From the sequence record PZ452610.1: DNA of 64,000 nt; one strand, written 5' to 3'. This DNA is from a phage. This document shows, in pieces, positions 22,598 through 33,418 of this stretch (position 1 is the first letter of the stretch; each line of letters starts with the position of its first letter). The notes beneath the pieces were generated by a model. The model ran no database searches. It had not been told where the DNA came from and saw only the letters and a list, made by a program, of their open reading frames with translations. Position numbers and translations under genes: made by a program.

Positions 22598-23725
22598 ATG
22601 GAAAAATTTATGGCTAAGTTTGGACAAGGATACGTCCAAACGCCATTTTTATCGGAAAGCAATTCAGTACGATTTAAATTAAGCATAGCGGGCTCTTGCC
22701 CGCTATCAACATCTCCTGCTTATATTAAGTTCCAGGATAATCCACTTGGGTCCCAGGTTTTTTCCGTTGGATTAAACGTTCGTGTAATAAATCCTACAAC
22801 AGGTGCAGTAGTTGAATCTAAGACATATAATTTCTCTACTGAAAACGACGCCACGTCAAGTGCATTTGTTACTTTCATGGACACATATGCTTCAAATTTT
22901 ATATTTGCTCTTGTTACTAACGCTAAAACAAACTTTCCACCAGAAGTTCTTGCATGGTTTACTAAAGCTGGGAGTTCTGCTATTCCATTAGCTCAACAAG
23001 TTTTAAATATAGTGGACATTTCTTATTCTGCATTTTATATTTCTGGTAAGAATGCTATAGCACTAGAACATATTAAGTATAGTAATAAGAAAACTTCAAC
23101 CGACTATAGTACACCACTTGATGTTGTGTACGACACGATCGATGATATTGGTGCTACCGGCTTCCCTAGACGTACGTATGAATCGTCAGACACATTTTTA
23201 TCTGCCATTGGAGGTACTAATAACGAAATTAAAAGGATGCCTACAGCATCTGTTATTACACCTCTCGCTGGGTATAAATTGAAGCCTGGAGATTTCCTTT
23301 ATATGAAATTCCAACTAATGGCCGATGCCGATTTGTTAGCACAAGGGACGACACGACTTTCTATTCGTTTCTTTAAATCTCCTTCTACTTCACCTATTTC
23401 ATTTAAGGATATAAACTTTGATGGGGCTGCAGGTGAATGGAAGATATATGAAGACTACGTAGAAATTCCTGCTGGTGCTGACGGGTTCACGATTTATTGT
23501 TATCGTACAGCTCCAGTCGGGCAAGGTGGATTAAGAAACGTTATATTCACTGAAGTATCATGTAATGGAAGCGTTTCAAAACCTGCTGAGTTTGGTACGA
23601 ATGGTATTCGTGTAAATTATGTTTCAGAATCTTTAAGTGCTCCAGACATAATGACATTACCTACTCAATCTTCAACTGATACTGGTAAGGTATTTGGTCA
23701 AGAATTTAAAGAAGCACCAGAATAA
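22598..23725 (+). CDS. 35: gp35 long tail fiber hinge protein
   Basis: 375 aa; T4 gp35-like (MEKFMA.FGQGYVQTPFLSESNSVR). Confidence 0.95.
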   Translation: MEKFMAKFGQGYVQTPFLSESNSVRFKLSIAGSCPLSTSPAYIKFQDNPLGSQVFSVGLNVRVINPTTGAVVESKTYNFSTENDATSSAFVTFMDTYASNFIFALVTNAKTNFPPEVLAWFTKAGSSAIPLAQQVLNIVDISYSAFYISGKNAIALEHIKYSNKKTSTDYSTPLDVVYDTIDDIGATGFPRRTYESSDTFLSAIGGTNNEIKRMPTASVITPLAGYKLKPGDFLYMKFQLMADADLLAQGTTRLSIRFFKSPSTSPISFKDINFDGAAGEWKIYEDYVEIPAGADGFTIYCYRTAPVGQGGLRNVIFTEVSCNGSVSKPAEFGTNGIRVNYVSESLSAPDIMTLPTQSSTDTGKVFGQEFKEAPE

Positions 23726-23730
23726 ATTTA

Positions 23731-23748
23731 GGGAGACTTCGGTCTCCC
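23731..23748 (+). terminator. intrinsic terminator downstream of gene 35
   Basis: gggagacttcggtctccc followed by atttttg on plus strand; 5 nt after gene 35 stop. Confidence 0.7.
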
Positions 23749-23755
23749 ATTTTTG

Positions 23756-23763
23756 TATAAATA
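23756..23763 (+). promoter_or_regulatory. T4 late promoter (TATAAATA) for gene 36
   Basis: tataaata directly after gene 35 terminator, 25 nt upstream of gene 36 ATG. Confidence 0.7.
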
Positions 23764-23787
23764 TGGTATACATATAAGGAGACAACT

Positions 23788-24453
23788 ATGGCCGATTTAA
23801 AAGCTGGTAGTACAACTGGCGGTGCCGTTATATGGCATCAAGGTAATTTCCCTTTAATGCCAGCAGGTGATGACGTCCTGTATAAAACGTTTAAACTCTA
23901 TTCAGAATATAATAAGCCACAAGCTGCTGATAATGATTTCGTTTCTAAAGCAAATGGTGGTACTTATGCATCAAAGGTAACATTTAACGGCGGTGTTCAA
24001 ATACCATATGCTATAAACAATACAAATCAATCTGGTATTTATCCTGGTAATGGAGATGCAGCTACTTTTGTTACAGCAAATATTGATATTGTTTCGTGGT
24101 ATGGTATTGGTTTTAAATCATCACAAGGAACAGCGGGTAGAACTGTAGTAATTAATACACGTAATGGTGATATTAATACAAAAGGCGTTGTGTCGGCAGC
24201 TGGTCAAGTAAGAAGTGATGCGGCTGCTCCTATAGCAGCGAATGACCTTACTAGAAAAGATTATGTTGATGGACGAATAAATATTGTTACGGATAACGCA
24301 AATTCCCGTGTATTGCGTAAAGGCGATACCATGACTGGTACTTTAACAGCACCAAACTTTTTCTCACAGAATCCGGCGTCTGAGGCTAATCATGTTCCTC
24401 GTTTCGACCAGATTGTAATTAAAGATTCTGTTCAAGATTTCGGCTATTATTAA
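23788..24453 (+). CDS. 36: gp36 long tail fiber distal connector
   Basis: 221 aa; near-identical to T4 gp36. Confidence 0.95.
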   Translation: MADLKAGSTTGGAVIWHQGNFPLMPAGDDVLYKTFKLYSEYNKPQAADNDFVSKANGGTYASKVTFNGGVQIPYAINNTNQSGIYPGNGDAATFVTANIDIVSWYGIGFKSSQGTAGRTVVINTRNGDINTKGVVSAAGQVRSDAAAPIAANDLTRKDYVDGRINIVTDNANSRVLRKGDTMTGTLTAPNFFSQNPASEANHVPRFDQIVIKDSVQDFGYY

Positions 24454-24461
24454 GAGGACTT

Positions 24462-27400
24462 ATGGCTACATTAAAACAGATACAATTTAAAAGAAGCAAA
24501 GTAGCAGGAGTTAATCCTACTGCAGCACAATTAGCCGAAGGCGAATTAGCGATAAACTTAAAAGATCGAACTCTTTTTACTAAAGATGACCTCGGTAATA
24601 TTATTAGCCTAGGCTTTGCTAAGGGCGGGGATATTAACGGTAATGTAACTCAAAATGGTGATTATTTACAAAACGGCACGTATAATCTTAATGGAAACCA
24701 GTTTGTTTATGCAGGAAAGTATATTGAATTCTTGCCAAAAACTGCTGGAAATGGCGCTTGGGCTAACCAACACACAAATAAAGCCCCTATCTTTACAGAT
24801 TTGAGTTCAACTACTTCAACTTCTGAATACCACCCTTTGATTAAGCAACGTTATAAAGACGGTACTTTTTCAGTAGGTACATTAGTAAGCGAAGGCTCAT
24901 TTAGAGTTCATTATATTGATTCTACAGCTCCAGACAATTCTAAACACTGGGTCTTTAACCGTAATGGTAATTTTATTGTAGATTCTGGTAGTATTGAGGT
25001 CCGCGCAGGTAATATTTCTGCGTCAGGCAATATTAACTCCGCTAATGGTATAGTTTCTGCTCCACAAGTTAATACGAAAACCATTGTTTTAGACACAAAA
25101 GCATTCGGACAATATGATTCACAGTCATTAGTTCAATATGTTTATCCTGGAACAGGTGAAGAAAATGGTATAAACTATCTTCGTAAAGTTCGAGCTAAAT
25201 CAGGTGGAACTATTTACCATGAAATCGCTTCAGCTCAAACTGGTAAGAATGATGAAATTTCTTGGTGGACCGGAAATACACTTACTACTAAATTAATGGG
25301 TCTTCGTAATGATGGCGCAATGGTATTACGTCGTTCACTTGCTATTGGCACAATTACCACTGATGAAAATACCAATAACTACGGCTCTCCTACTCCAATG
25401 GGAGAAAGATATATTGCTTTGGGTGATGCTGCCACTGGTTTAAAATACATTAAGCAGGGTGTTTATGATTTAGTAGGTAATTGGAATTCTGTTGCTTCTA
25501 TTACTCCTGACAGTTTCCGTAGTACTCGTAAAGGTATATTTGGTCGTTCCGAGGACCAAGGCACCACATGGATTATGCCTGGTACAAATGCTGCTCTCTT
25601 GTCTGTTCAAACACAAGCTGATAATAACAATGCTGGAGACGGACAAACCCATATCGGGTACAATGCTGGTGGTAAAATGAACCACTATTTCCGTGGTACA
25701 GGTCAGATGAATATCAATACCCAACAAGGTATGGAAATTAACCCGGGTATTCTTAAACTAGTAACTGGCTCTAATAATGTAATGTTTTATGCTGATGGCG
25801 GTATTACATCTGTTAAGCAGCTTTCAATATATAACGGCATATATTTAGCAGCTAATAATTCTACTGCTGGGCTAACATTCGCTCCAACTACTACAATTGA
25901 TGGCACTAAGCAAATTTTGTGGGAAGGCGGTACTCGTGCTGGTCAGAATAAAAGCTATGTAACTGTTAAAGCATGGGGTAATTCATTTAACGCATCTGGC
26001 GATCGTAATCGTGAAACAGTTTTTGAAGTAGCTGACGGCCAGGGATATTATTTTTATTCTCAGCGCGTAGCTCCAACCGGTTCAGAAACTGTGGGACCTG
26101 TTGTAACACAAATTAATGGACAACTGAATGCAAGAGGGAGCATTATCACCGATGGAAGTCTTAGAGTTAATGGATTAAGTACATTATCCGGACAAGTTAC
26201 TATGGATAACGGGCTTGTTTTATCCGGCGGTGGTTCTATTACCGGTCAAGTTAAAATCGGCAATACCGCAGATGCTTTCCGTATTTACAATGCTGAATAT
26301 GGAGCTATTTTCCGTCGTTCTGAAGCGTCTTTGCATATTATACCTACACTTAAAGATGCAGGTGAAAATGGTGGTATTTCTAACCTTCGCCCATTGAGTG
26401 TTTCTCTTAACAACGGTATGGTTCAAATGCGCCATTCTGTTACGTTAGGTGATGATGGTGCTGGCGGTAATATGGTGACCGTTGATAATGATAATAAACT
26501 TGTTGTTATAACTAGTCATAGTCGCATTTCTCCTAATTACCGTATGCAATTAGGACAATCGGCATATATCGACGCTGAATGTACTGATACTGCACGACCT
26601 GCTGGAGCCGGTTCTTTTGCTTCTCAGAATAATGAAAACGTTCGTGCTCCGTTCTATATGAATATTGATAGAACAGATACAAGCACTTATGTTCCTATTG
26701 TGAAACAAAGATACGTTCAAAATAATAGTTGCTATTCTATTGGTACTTTAATTAATGGTGGTAACTTTAGAGTTCACTATCACGAAGGTGGTGACGGCGT
26801 TTCTACTGGCGCAATTATAAAGGATTTAGGTTGGGAATTTAATAAAAACGGTGATTTTTACTCTCCTGGTAAATTAGGCGCTGGTAATGTTCGTATTGGT
26901 ACTGATGGTAATATCACCGGCGGTTCTGGTAATTTTGCTAACTTGAATACCACAATAAATAACCTTAAGACAGATATTGTCTCAAGTTATCCTATTGGTG
27001 CTCCGATTCCTTGGCCTACTGATACACCTCCTGAAGGTTATGCCATAATGGAAGGTCAAACATTTGATACTGGCTTGTATCCTAAGTTAGCTGCGGTGTA
27101 TCCTTCCGGCACTCTGCCCGATATGCGTGGTCAGACGATTAAAGGTAAACCATCTGGGCGTGATGTATTAAGTACAGAAGCTGATGGTATTAAGTCTCAT
27201 AACCATAGTGCTTCAGCATCTAATACTGATTTAGGTACTAAAACCACATCAAGCTTTGATTATGGTACTAAAACATCTTCAAGCTTTGATTATGGTACTA
27301 AAACCAGTAATACCACAGGTAACCATAACCATACGGTGAGTGGAACTACAAGTGCTGCAGGTAACCACCAACATGCGCGCTCAGGTCCTCAGATACAAGC

Positions 27401-27743
27401 TGGCATACCCAATAACATATTCTATGACGGATATAATAGTGTAGGTGCAAACGCCAACGCTAAATTCACTGGAACCGTGAACGGTGCTACTGCAGGGTCG
27501 AATATAGCCAAAACTTCTTCAGAAGGTAACCATACACACTCTTGGTCAGGAACCACAAGTACCACAGGTAACCATGCTCATACTGTGGGTATTGGTGCTC
27601 ATACCCATTCGGTAGGTATTGGTGCTCATTCTCATACTGTTGCAATTGGTTCCCATGGACATACAATAACTGTAAATGCCACAGGAAATACAGAAAACAC
27701 AGTTAAAAACGTTGCTTTTAACTATATCGTTCGTTTAGCATAA
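24462..27743 (+). CDS. 37: gp37 long tail fiber distal subunit (receptor-binding tip)
   Basis: 1093 aa; T4 gp37-like N-terminus, C-terminal His-box (GNHxH) repeats and tandem repeat. Confidence 0.9.
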   Translation: MATLKQIQFKRSKVAGVNPTAAQLAEGELAINLKDRTLFTKDDLGNIISLGFAKGGDINGNVTQNGDYLQNGTYNLNGNQFVYAGKYIEFLPKTAGNGAWANQHTNKAPIFTDLSSTTSTSEYHPLIKQRYKDGTFSVGTLVSEGSFRVHYIDSTAPDNSKHWVFNRNGNFIVDSGSIEVRAGNISASGNINSANGIVSAPQVNTKTIVLDTKAFGQYDSQSLVQYVYPGTGEENGINYLRKVRAKSGGTIYHEIASAQTGKNDEISWWTGNTLTTKLMGLRNDGAMVLRRSLAIGTITTDENTNNYGSPTPMGERYIALGDAATGLKYIKQGVYDLVGNWNSVASITPDSFRSTRKGIFGRSEDQGTTWIMPGTNAALLSVQTQADNNNAGDGQTHIGYNAGGKMNHYFRGTGQMNINTQQGMEINPGILKLVTGSNNVMFYADGGITSVKQLSIYNGIYLAANNSTAGLTFAPTTTIDGTKQILWEGGTRAGQNKSYVTVKAWGNSFNASGDRNRETVFEVADGQGYYFYSQRVAPTGSETVGPVVTQINGQLNARGSIITDGSLRVNGLSTLSGQVTMDNGLVLSGGGSITGQVKIGNTADAFRIYNAEYGAIFRRSEASLHIIPTLKDAGENGGISNLRPLSVSLNNGMVQMRHSVTLGDDGAGGNMVTVDNDNKLVVITSHSRISPNYRMQLGQSAYIDAECTDTARPAGAGSFASQNNENVRAPFYMNIDRTDTSTYVPIVKQRYVQNNSCYSIGTLINGGNFRVHYHEGGDGVSTGAIIKDLGWEFNKNGDFYSPGKLGAGNVRIGTDGNITGGSGNFANLNTTINNLKTDIVSSYPIGAPIPWPTDTPPEGYAIMEGQTFDTGLYPKLAAVYPSGTLPDMRGQTIKGKPSGRDVLSTEADGIKSHNHSASASNTDLGTKTTSSFDYGTKTSSSFDYGTKTSNTTGNHNHTVSGTTSAAGNHQHARSGPQIQAGIPNNIFYDGYNSVGANANAKFTGTVNGATAGSNIAKTSSEGNHTHSWSGTTSTTGNHAHTVGIGAHTHSVGIGAHSHTVAIGSHGHTITVNATGNTENTVKNVAFNYIVRLA
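27234..27306 (+). repeat. 30-bp tandem direct repeat inside gene 37 (2.4 copies)
   Basis: ggtactaaaaccacatcaagctttgattat / ggtactaaaacatcttcaagctttgattat / ggtactaaaacca, encoding [25 protein letters not shown]. Confidence 0.9.
27585..27668 (+). repeat. 27-bp tandem repeats encoding His-box units in gene 37 tip
   Basis: three consecutive units encoding GIGAHTHSV / GIGAHSHTV / AIGSHGHTI; part of a wider GNHxH-rich region from about 27200. Confidence 0.85.
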
Positions 27744-27756
27744 GGAGAAGGGACTT

Positions 27757-28326
27757 ATGTCCCTTTTTTATAATATGAAACTCTATCACTATTATTTTGA
27801 CACTAAAGAATTTTACAAAGAAGAAAATTATAAACCATTAAAAGGCGTAGGATTTCCGGCTCATTCGACACCAAAAAAACCTTTAGACCCTAAAGAAGGC
27901 TATGCTGTTATATTTGACGAACGCGAGCAAGAATGGGTATATGTTGAAGACCATCGTGGAAAAACGGTATGGACTTATGATAAGCAAAAAATTGTTATTG
28001 ACACTCCAGGTGCTCTTCAAAATGTTACTACAGAAGAACCCGGTGAATTTGACATTTGGACCGACGACGGGTGGAAGGAAGATGAAGCATATAAACGCGT
28101 AGTTCAACGTGATAAGAAAATTCATGAACTCTATAAATTATTCAGTGTTTTAAGTTCTCTTATTGACGCAGAGGTTGCTAGTAGAGAAGAAAAACGAAAA
28201 TTTAAAGAGCTCAAAAAATTCTTTGCCCTTTTAGAAAAACATGAACATCTTGGCGGCGAATTCCCTAAATTCCCTGACCTTGAAAACAAATCTATTATCA
28301 AAGCGATTATAAATATCTTTAAGTAA
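27757..28326 (+). CDS. 38: gp38 tail fiber assembly chaperone (T4 type)
   Basis: 189 aa; KLYHYYFDTKEFYKEENYKP... matches T4 gp38 chaperone rather than T2-type adhesin. Confidence 0.85.
   Translation: MSLFYNMKLYHYYFDTKEFYKEENYKPLKGVGFPAHSTPKKPLDPKEGYAVIFDEREQEWVYVEDHRGKTVWTYDKQKIVIDTPGALQNVTTEEPGEFDIWTDDGWKEDEAYKRVVQRDKKIHELYKLFSVLSSLIDAEVASREEKRKFKELKKFFALLEKHEHLGGEFPKFPDLENKSIIKAIINIFK
28308..28315 (+). promoter_or_regulatory. T4 late promoter (TATAAATA) for holin t
   Basis: tataaata inside 3' end of gene 38, 21 nt upstream of t ATG. Confidence 0.6.
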
Positions 28327-28335
28327 GGAGGTATT

Positions 28336-28995
28336 ATGGCAACACCAAAAGTATCATTTTCGCCTAGTGATATTCTATTTGGGTTGCTAGATCGTATTTT
28401 CAAAGATAACGCTACTGGAAAGGTTTTAATGTCCCGAGTAGCGGTAATTATTCTTTTGTTCCTAATGGCACTAATATGGTACAAAGGAAGTATTTTGCTG
28501 GATTATTATGTAAGAGCTAAGTATGATACTTATACTGAAATAATCCAAAAAGAACGAGCTTTACGTTTTGAATCTGCGGCTCTAGAACAACTGCAAATAG
28601 TTCATATCTCATCTGGTGCAGATTTTAGTGCTGTGTATTCTTTCAGACCTAAAAACTTAAATTATTTTGTCGACCTTATAGCTTATGAAGGCAAACTACC
28701 TAGCACAATTTCTGAAAAGTCCCTTGGCGGATTCCCAGTGGATAAAACGGCCAATGAATATATAATTCATTTAAGTGGCCGTCATTTCTCATCTAAATCA
28801 GAATTTGCATTTTTGCCTACAAAATCTAAGACTGCCGAACTTTCTTATATGTATAGTTGTCCATACTTTAATTTGGATAACATCTATGCTGGAACTGTGA
28901 CGATGTATTGGTATAAGGGGAGTAATATACTTGAGGAAGATCGCTTAGCGGCTATATGCAACCAAGCGATCCGAATACTAGGAAGGGCTAAATAA
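28336..28995 (+). CDS. t: holin
   Basis: 219 aa; T4 holin T-like with single N-terminal TM segment; late promoter upstream. Confidence 0.95.
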   Translation: MATPKVSFSPSDILFGLLDRIFKDNATGKVLMSRVAVIILLFLMALIWYKGSILLDYYVRAKYDTYTEIIQKERALRFESAALEQLQIVHISSGADFSAVYSFRPKNLNYFVDLIAYEGKLPSTISEKSLGGFPVDKTANEYIIHLSGRHFSSKSEFAFLPTKSKTAELSYMYSCPYFNLDNIYAGTVTMYWYKGSNILEEDRLAAICNQAIRILGRAK

Positions 28996-29268
28996 TTAGT
29001 TGTTAGAATACATCGCTAAATGACGATAAATATTTTCAAAACCTTCATTGAATTCACTAATCAGTGTTTTCTTTTCTTCGGCAGTTAAATTTGTAATTAG
29101 TTTTCTGAACGAATTCTGATTTAGCTGCCGACCATCTTTTTTAATTCCAATCTCATTCAAGAATCCGATGAAACTTGCTCGGTCTTCAACAATATCTTCC
29201 CTAGAGAATTTAATCAAAATAGAAGCAATAGTAATAATTTCACGTACGATTTCAATGTCTTTATTCAT
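28996..29268 (-). CDS. asiA: AsiA anti-sigma70 factor
   Basis: 90 aa; MNKDIEIVREIITIASILIKFSREDIVE... near-identical to T4 AsiA. Confidence 0.9.
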   Translation of the reverse strand: MNKDIEIVREIITIASILIKFSREDIVEDRASFIGFLNEIGIKKDGRQLNQNSFRKLITNLTAEEKKTLISEFNEGFENIYRHLAMYSNN

Positions 29269-29314
29269 AACGTTTTATTCATTCCACTTAGTTGATATGG
29301 ATATAGTACCATTA

Positions 29315-29476
29315 TCAGTGTTGATTGTAAACGGCTTTTTCTACGCTTTTAACGTAATCAATGTAGTCTTCCTGTTCATACGAGTGTAAGGCCAAGAATG
29401 GAACTAATAGTTCATTATAGACTAAAGCCTCACGCTCACGTTCGGCCTCTACTACGTTCTGAAGATTATGACTCAT
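29315..29476 (-). CDS. hypothetical protein
   Basis: track ORF 29315-29530 overlaps next gene; internal ATG at 29476 has SD AAGGAA and gives 53 aa. Confidence 0.35.
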   Translation of the reverse strand: MSHNLQNVVEAEREREALVYNELLVPFLALHSYEQEDYIDYVKSVEKAVYNQH

Positions 29477-29852
29477 ATTGTTCCTTATAACTATCAATGT
29501 AGTCCTGTATGTCGAAGAATGACATTTCATATTCTAGGACATTAAGAGCCCGTTCTTCAGTATAGTCAGAACCAAAGACGATAGTGATTTCACCAGGCTT
29601 CATGTGATTGAAATCGACACTAAAAGGAATACGAGAACATACTTCGTCTGCCATATCTACGATAACACTACGACACACTTCTCGGTTAACCTGATAAAGC
29701 TCTGCAAGTTCTTCACATCGAATAACAAGTTCAGTGGCAGGATTTTCTTTGATTTTAGTAAGCATAGTCTTTACCCTTATGTTTTTGTTTGCGTTTAGAT
29801 TGAAGTTCTGATTTCTTCTTGTCCTTATGGACAGAAGCCTTATTGAAATCAT
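29466..29852 (-). CDS. hypothetical protein
   Basis: 128 aa ORF; start overlaps upstream stop (ATGA coupling); acidic C-terminus. Confidence 0.45.
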   Translation of the reverse strand: MISIRLLSIRTRRNQNFNLNANKNIRVKTMLTKIKENPATELVIRCEELAELYQVNREVCRSVIVDMADEVCSRIPFSVDFNHMKPGEITIVFGSDYTEERALNVLEYEMSFFDIQDYIDSYKEQYES

Positions 29853-30067
29853 GTTTTGCTACAAGATTGTTCATAATGATTTATAACCTCGTTTAAACAT
29901 TTGTCTGTGAAAGAAAACTTTTTAGCCACAGAACATTCGATAATGTGCTCTTTCAAATCTTTAGAGTCGGTATATCCCATCTCAGTAATAAAGTGGCGAA
30001 TTAAAGCTTTATTCTTATCATTAACAGAATTAAAATAATCCGCTTTAGAATCAATTATTCTCATCAT
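29849..30067 (-). CDS. hypothetical protein
   Basis: 72 aa co-directional ORF. Confidence 0.5.
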   Translation of the reverse strand: MMRIIDSKADYFNSVNDKNKALIRHFITEMGYTDSKDLKEHIIECSVAKKFSFTDKCLNEVINHYEQSCSKT

Positions 30068-30332
30068 CTAATTTCCTTAATTGATATTGCAACGAGCTAA
30101 TAATTTCTTCGTTCATTTTAATATACATGTCACGCAAGAAAGGTTTTAACCCATCACGAATAATTGCTAACGTATCACCTTTACATAAATTAACCAAATA
30201 AGGATGGTCTAAAGCATCCCAACCAGGCTGATTAGCATACATACCATAGTTTTCTTCCATCATATGATTAAGACGTTTGATATCTTGGATACGTGATTCA
30301 ATAGCATCTTTCTGGAGTTGTTTAATATTCAT
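30051..30332 (-). CDS. hypothetical protein
   Basis: 93 aa ORF in asiA-motA interval (T4 arn lies in this interval; no sequence support). Confidence 0.5.
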   Translation of the reverse strand: MNIKQLQKDAIESRIQDIKRLNHMMEENYGMYANQPGWDALDHPYLVNLCKGDTLAIIRDGLKPFLRDMYIKMNEEIISSLQYQLRKLDDENN

Positions 30333-30793
30333 TAATAAAGGTCCTCTGAATAAAGTTCTTTCTCACTTCCGCCACGTTCAATACGTACCTGTCCAGCATA
30401 TGTTGCAATAATCATTGCTTCTTCACGAGTCCAGTAATTAGAGTATTGGTCGATAAAGCCTTGGTCATCGCCACAAACTTGTTGCGAGACTAATTGAGGA
30501 CCAACTATATCAAGTACTTCAGCCATATCTTTAGAGTAATGACGAACTCCAGGAATAACCAGAGTTCCACCGCTCTTCAATTTAAACCTATTAGCTGCAC
30601 ATACTATAACACGTTGAACTTTTTGGTCATTGTTCCAATAGCACGTTTGCCAACAGATTTCAGGAACTTCATTCATTATATCATCAGCAGAATAATTATA
30701 ACCGTAGGACTGGAATTTTTCTGCTAGACTTTCAGGAGTCTCACGAGACAAGGCCAAATCTAATAGCTCTAAACGTTCTTTAAATGATTTCAT
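30332..30793 (-). CDS. hypothetical protein
   Basis: 153 aa ORF, coupled to neighbours. Confidence 0.5.
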   Translation of the reverse strand: MKSFKERLELLDLALSRETPESLAEKFQSYGYNYSADDIMNEVPEICWQTCYWNNDQKVQRVIVCAANRFKLKSGGTLVIPGVRHYSKDMAEVLDIVGPQLVSQQVCGDDQGFIDQYSNYWTREEAMIIATYAGQVRIERGGSEKELYSEDLY

Positions 30794-31119
30794 TTAAACC
30801 ATTCCTTAATACGTTGCCAAATAGATTTTTGTGCTTGTTTATTTACACCAATCGAACGAATAACCGGTTGTGACTGCTGATACTCTTTATAATCTTCTTT
30901 ATAGATTTCGTAAGCTGCATCAACAAACGAACTGATCGCTGCCATGTAGTTTTTACGAAGACCAAATGGCGCGTCATTATTTTCACGAATAACCGTATAT
31001 TGGCCTGCTTTAATCTTTACAATTGTCCCTAAATAAGCACCGTGGTACCAAATATCCCATCCTTCCTGAGTAGGTTCTGCACATTTACGAAGTTCGTTAA
31101 TAATATTCAGCTTATTCAT
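30790..31119 (-). CDS. hypothetical protein
   Basis: 109 aa ORF. Confidence 0.5.
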   Translation of the reverse strand: MNKLNIINELRKCAEPTQEGWDIWYHGAYLGTIVKIKAGQYTVIRENNDAPFGLRKNYMAAISSFVDAAYEIYKEDYKEYQQSQPVIRSIGVNKQAQKSIWQRIKEWFK

Positions 31120-31129
31120 TACGTATTCC

Positions 31130-31762
31130 TCACAGTACGTTAGTTACAAGGGTAATGATTTCTTTGGACACATTAGGGAAGTCAATGTAAGTATATTTAC
31201 CACCGATCTTAATCTTAACATCATTTTCAAGAGAAGTAAACAGCTTTGATTCAGTTTCTGACATGTTGTATGCAAAGATTCTAAGAGCGCCATCTCGTCG
31301 AATTTCAATTTGGCGAATGCCTAGAACTCGTTTTGCAAATCGAACTTCTAAGTTACTACGGTTTTCACCAATTTCTTTAACTTCAACTTTATCTTTAATA
31401 TTTTCAAAAACAAAGTTTGCTAATTCATGCATTTCAGGAGTAACTCCACGTGCTTTTCTGGTGTTACGTTTCTGAAGAAGTTCTGGAGCATTTTCTTGAG
31501 CAAATAGGTCTGCAGCTTTTTGGATAATATCCATTGCTTCGCCGGTTGCCACAAGTCCATCACCAGATTTTTCGACTAAACCTTTCTTAATCAATACACC
31601 AATGTTAGAGTTAACAACTGATGCATTGTATTCTGCTTCCAGAGCTTCACGGACATTGGCAGCAGTGGTGAAGTTGTTCTTAATGATATAAACCATTATT
31701 GCAGCAGTTTTTTCATTCAGAGCGTTTTCAGAAGCTTTGATGATGTAAGTAACTTTAGACAT
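31130..31762 (-). CDS. motA: MotA middle-promoter transcription activator
   Basis: 210 aa; matches T4 MotA (MSKVTYIIKAS..., NIGVLIKKGLVEKSGDGL). Confidence 0.9.
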   Translation of the reverse strand: MSKVTYIIKASENALNEKTAAIMVYIIKNNFTTAANVREALEAEYNASVVNSNIGVLIKKGLVEKSGDGLVATGEAMDIIQKAADLFAQENAPELLQKRNTRKARGVTPEMHELANFVFENIKDKVEVKEIGENRSNLEVRFAKRVLGIRQIEIRRDGALRIFAYNMSETESKLFTSLENDVKIKIGGKYTYIDFPNVSKEIITLVTNVL

Positions 31763-31801
31763 TTTATTTCTCCAATTTGGTTGTTTTGTTTTGATAGGTC
31801 T

Positions 31802-31830
31802 ATAATATCATGATTGAAGCGCATGTAAAC
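31802..31830 (-). promoter_or_regulatory. T4-type early promoter (motA)
   Basis: GTTTAC -35, 17 bp, TATTAT -10; upstream of motA start 31762. Confidence 0.55.
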
Positions 31831-31855
31831 TGTTTTGTGAGAAAAATGCACAAAA

Positions 31856-31871
31856 GGGAGCCGAAGCTCCC
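31856..31871 (-). terminator. intrinsic terminator between gene 52 and motA
   Basis: GGGAGC-UUCG-GCUCCC followed by UUUUGUGCAUUUUU on minus strand. Confidence 0.65.
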
Positions 31872-31947
31872 TAATCATGTTTGTCCAACCAATACAGCCA
31901 AATCACTAGTACAGCTATTGCACCGAGAAATCCTAAGGCTATAGCAC

Positions 31948-33273
31948 TCAAAGTGCCTCCAAGTCTTTAGTGTACTCTGTCACAACATCAGTAGACTTCC
32001 AATACTCATTTTCTTCTTTCTTAGCTTTAGCTTCTTCTGCTAGTTTACGTGCTTCATCGGAAGTGATATGGAAGATGTTAAGACCTACCAGTTTATCGAC
32101 ATGTTCTTTATACATTTCGATTTGTGCTAGCTCTTCAGTCAAAGCTTTACGAGTCTTGCCCTGAATCACGATTTCACCGTTGATAACTTTTTTGATGAAG
32201 TGTGCCTTAGCAAAAGCCAGTTTAAATGCTTTTTCAGATTCAAGGATTTTGTTGTCAATACGTTTCTGAACGTAAGTCTTACGGACTTCAACAAAATCTT
32301 TGATTAAGTCCACTACGTTATCGTAGACTGCTAATTTACCCTTTTCATTAATCACTGTGATGTTTTGTGAACGACGTTCGATGAGACTAAAATCTTTCAT
32401 GATTTTTTCATGACGTAGCTCTTCATCATCAGGAAGCGAGTACTCTTTACGGAACTTCACCTTAAACCCAAAGCCGTGTTCACCACAATCATCTTCCCAT
32501 GAGATTAGACCTTTGTCTTCCAACGGGTCAAGAACCTTACTCACATACGTTTCACGGTCGAATTTATATGGGATTTCAGTTATCTGCATTTGAGTGCGAG
32601 ATGTGAACTTATATGTTCCGTGAATCTCATAACGCCCATCAACTTCATGTACTTCACCATGGAATTCCGGGAATTCAACTTTTGGCTTAGTGACATTTTT
32701 ACCTTGAAGAGCTTGTAATACAGCCTTTTTTACCGATTTAAAACTATGAGGCAGAATATTTGTTGCGTAACCGGTTGCAATACCAGATACACCATTCAAA
32801 AGAACTGTCGGAATAATAGGAAGATAGAATTTTGGTGGAACGTGTTCTTTATCTTCATGAGCTGGAGCATATTCAGTATCTTTATATACGTTATAGAAAT
32901 TTTTACTTACACGAGCAAAAATATAACGAGATGCTGCAGCTTTTTGGACTGTTCTAGAACCAAAGTTGCCTTGGCCATCTAACAGTGGATAGTTGTTGTT
33001 CCATGTGTTAGCCATCAATGCACCTGCATCTTGTGCAGAAGATTCACCATGGTGATAACCTAAATCTGCAACACCGCCTGCAATTGACGCAAGTTTATGA
33101 AATTTTTCTTTATTACCACGAGCCAAATCTAACGCACGATGGACCACAAAACGTTGAACCGGCTTAAATCCATCAATCATGTTTGGGATTGCACGGTTTT
33201 CAACGGTGTACATCGCATATGCTAAGGCTTCGTTATCAATAATACTTTTTAGATTACGAGAATTCAATTGCAT
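31948..33273 (-). CDS. 52: gp52 DNA topoisomerase II medium subunit (GyrA-like)
   Basis: 441 aa; near-identical to T4 gp52. Confidence 0.95.
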   Translation of the reverse strand: MQLNSRNLKSIIDNEALAYAMYTVENRAIPNMIDGFKPVQRFVVHRALDLARGNKEKFHKLASIAGGVADLGYHHGESSAQDAGALMANTWNNNYPLLDGQGNFGSRTVQKAAASRYIFARVSKNFYNVYKDTEYAPAHEDKEHVPPKFYLPIIPTVLLNGVSGIATGYATNILPHSFKSVKKAVLQALQGKNVTKPKVEFPEFHGEVHEVDGRYEIHGTYKFTSRTQMQITEIPYKFDRETYVSKVLDPLEDKGLISWEDDCGEHGFGFKVKFRKEYSLPDDEELRHEKIMKDFSLIERRSQNITVINEKGKLAVYDNVVDLIKDFVEVRKTYVQKRIDNKILESEKAFKLAFAKAHFIKKVINGEIVIQGKTRKALTEELAQIEMYKEHVDKLVGLNIFHITSDEARKLAEEAKAKKEENEYWKSTDVVTEYTKDLEAL

Positions 33274-33277
33274 ATTT

Positions 33278-33418
33278 TCACCATATTAATGAACGAATAT
33301 CCATTATAACATCTGAAATGAAAAGCACTACTTGGATTAGTCCAAACATCACACCGTAGTACAGAACCGTAAGCAACAACAAGAGCCCGAAGGCTCCTGC
33401 TAAGATTTTCTTAATCAT
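33278..33418 (-). CDS. small hydrophobic membrane protein, 46 aa
   Basis: ATG 33416-33418 overlaps upstream stop (TAATG); MIKKILAGAFGLLLLLTVLYYGVMFGLIQ...; under 60 aa so absent from ORF track. Confidence 0.4.
   Translation of the reverse strand: MIKKILAGAFGLLLLLTVLYYGVMFGLIQVVLFISDVIMDIRSLIW

Noticed and set aside
19477-26435. Small ORFs on both strands inside tail fiber genes 34-37 (19477-19734, 19523-19744, 21799-22035, 22300-22503, 24911-25096, 25470-25727, 26215-26435)
   Set aside because: Embedded within or antisense to long, well-conserved late genes; no independent signals.
27234-27668. Possible CRISPR-like or satellite repeat array
   Set aside because: The repeats are in-frame coding repeats of gene 37 (GTKT.SSFDY and His-box units) with no spacer-repeat architecture; no CRISPR array is present in the window.
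31872-31947. Possible 27-aa hydrophobic peptide between gene 52 and the motA-proximal terminator
   Set aside because: Requires a TTG start only 4 nt after a GGAGG; no ATG in frame; too weak to call.
33383-33397. GGAGCCTTCGGGCTC UUCG-type hairpin
   Set aside because: Lies inside the coding sequence of the 46-aa membrane ORF (encodes GAFGL); likely coincidental rather than a terminator.
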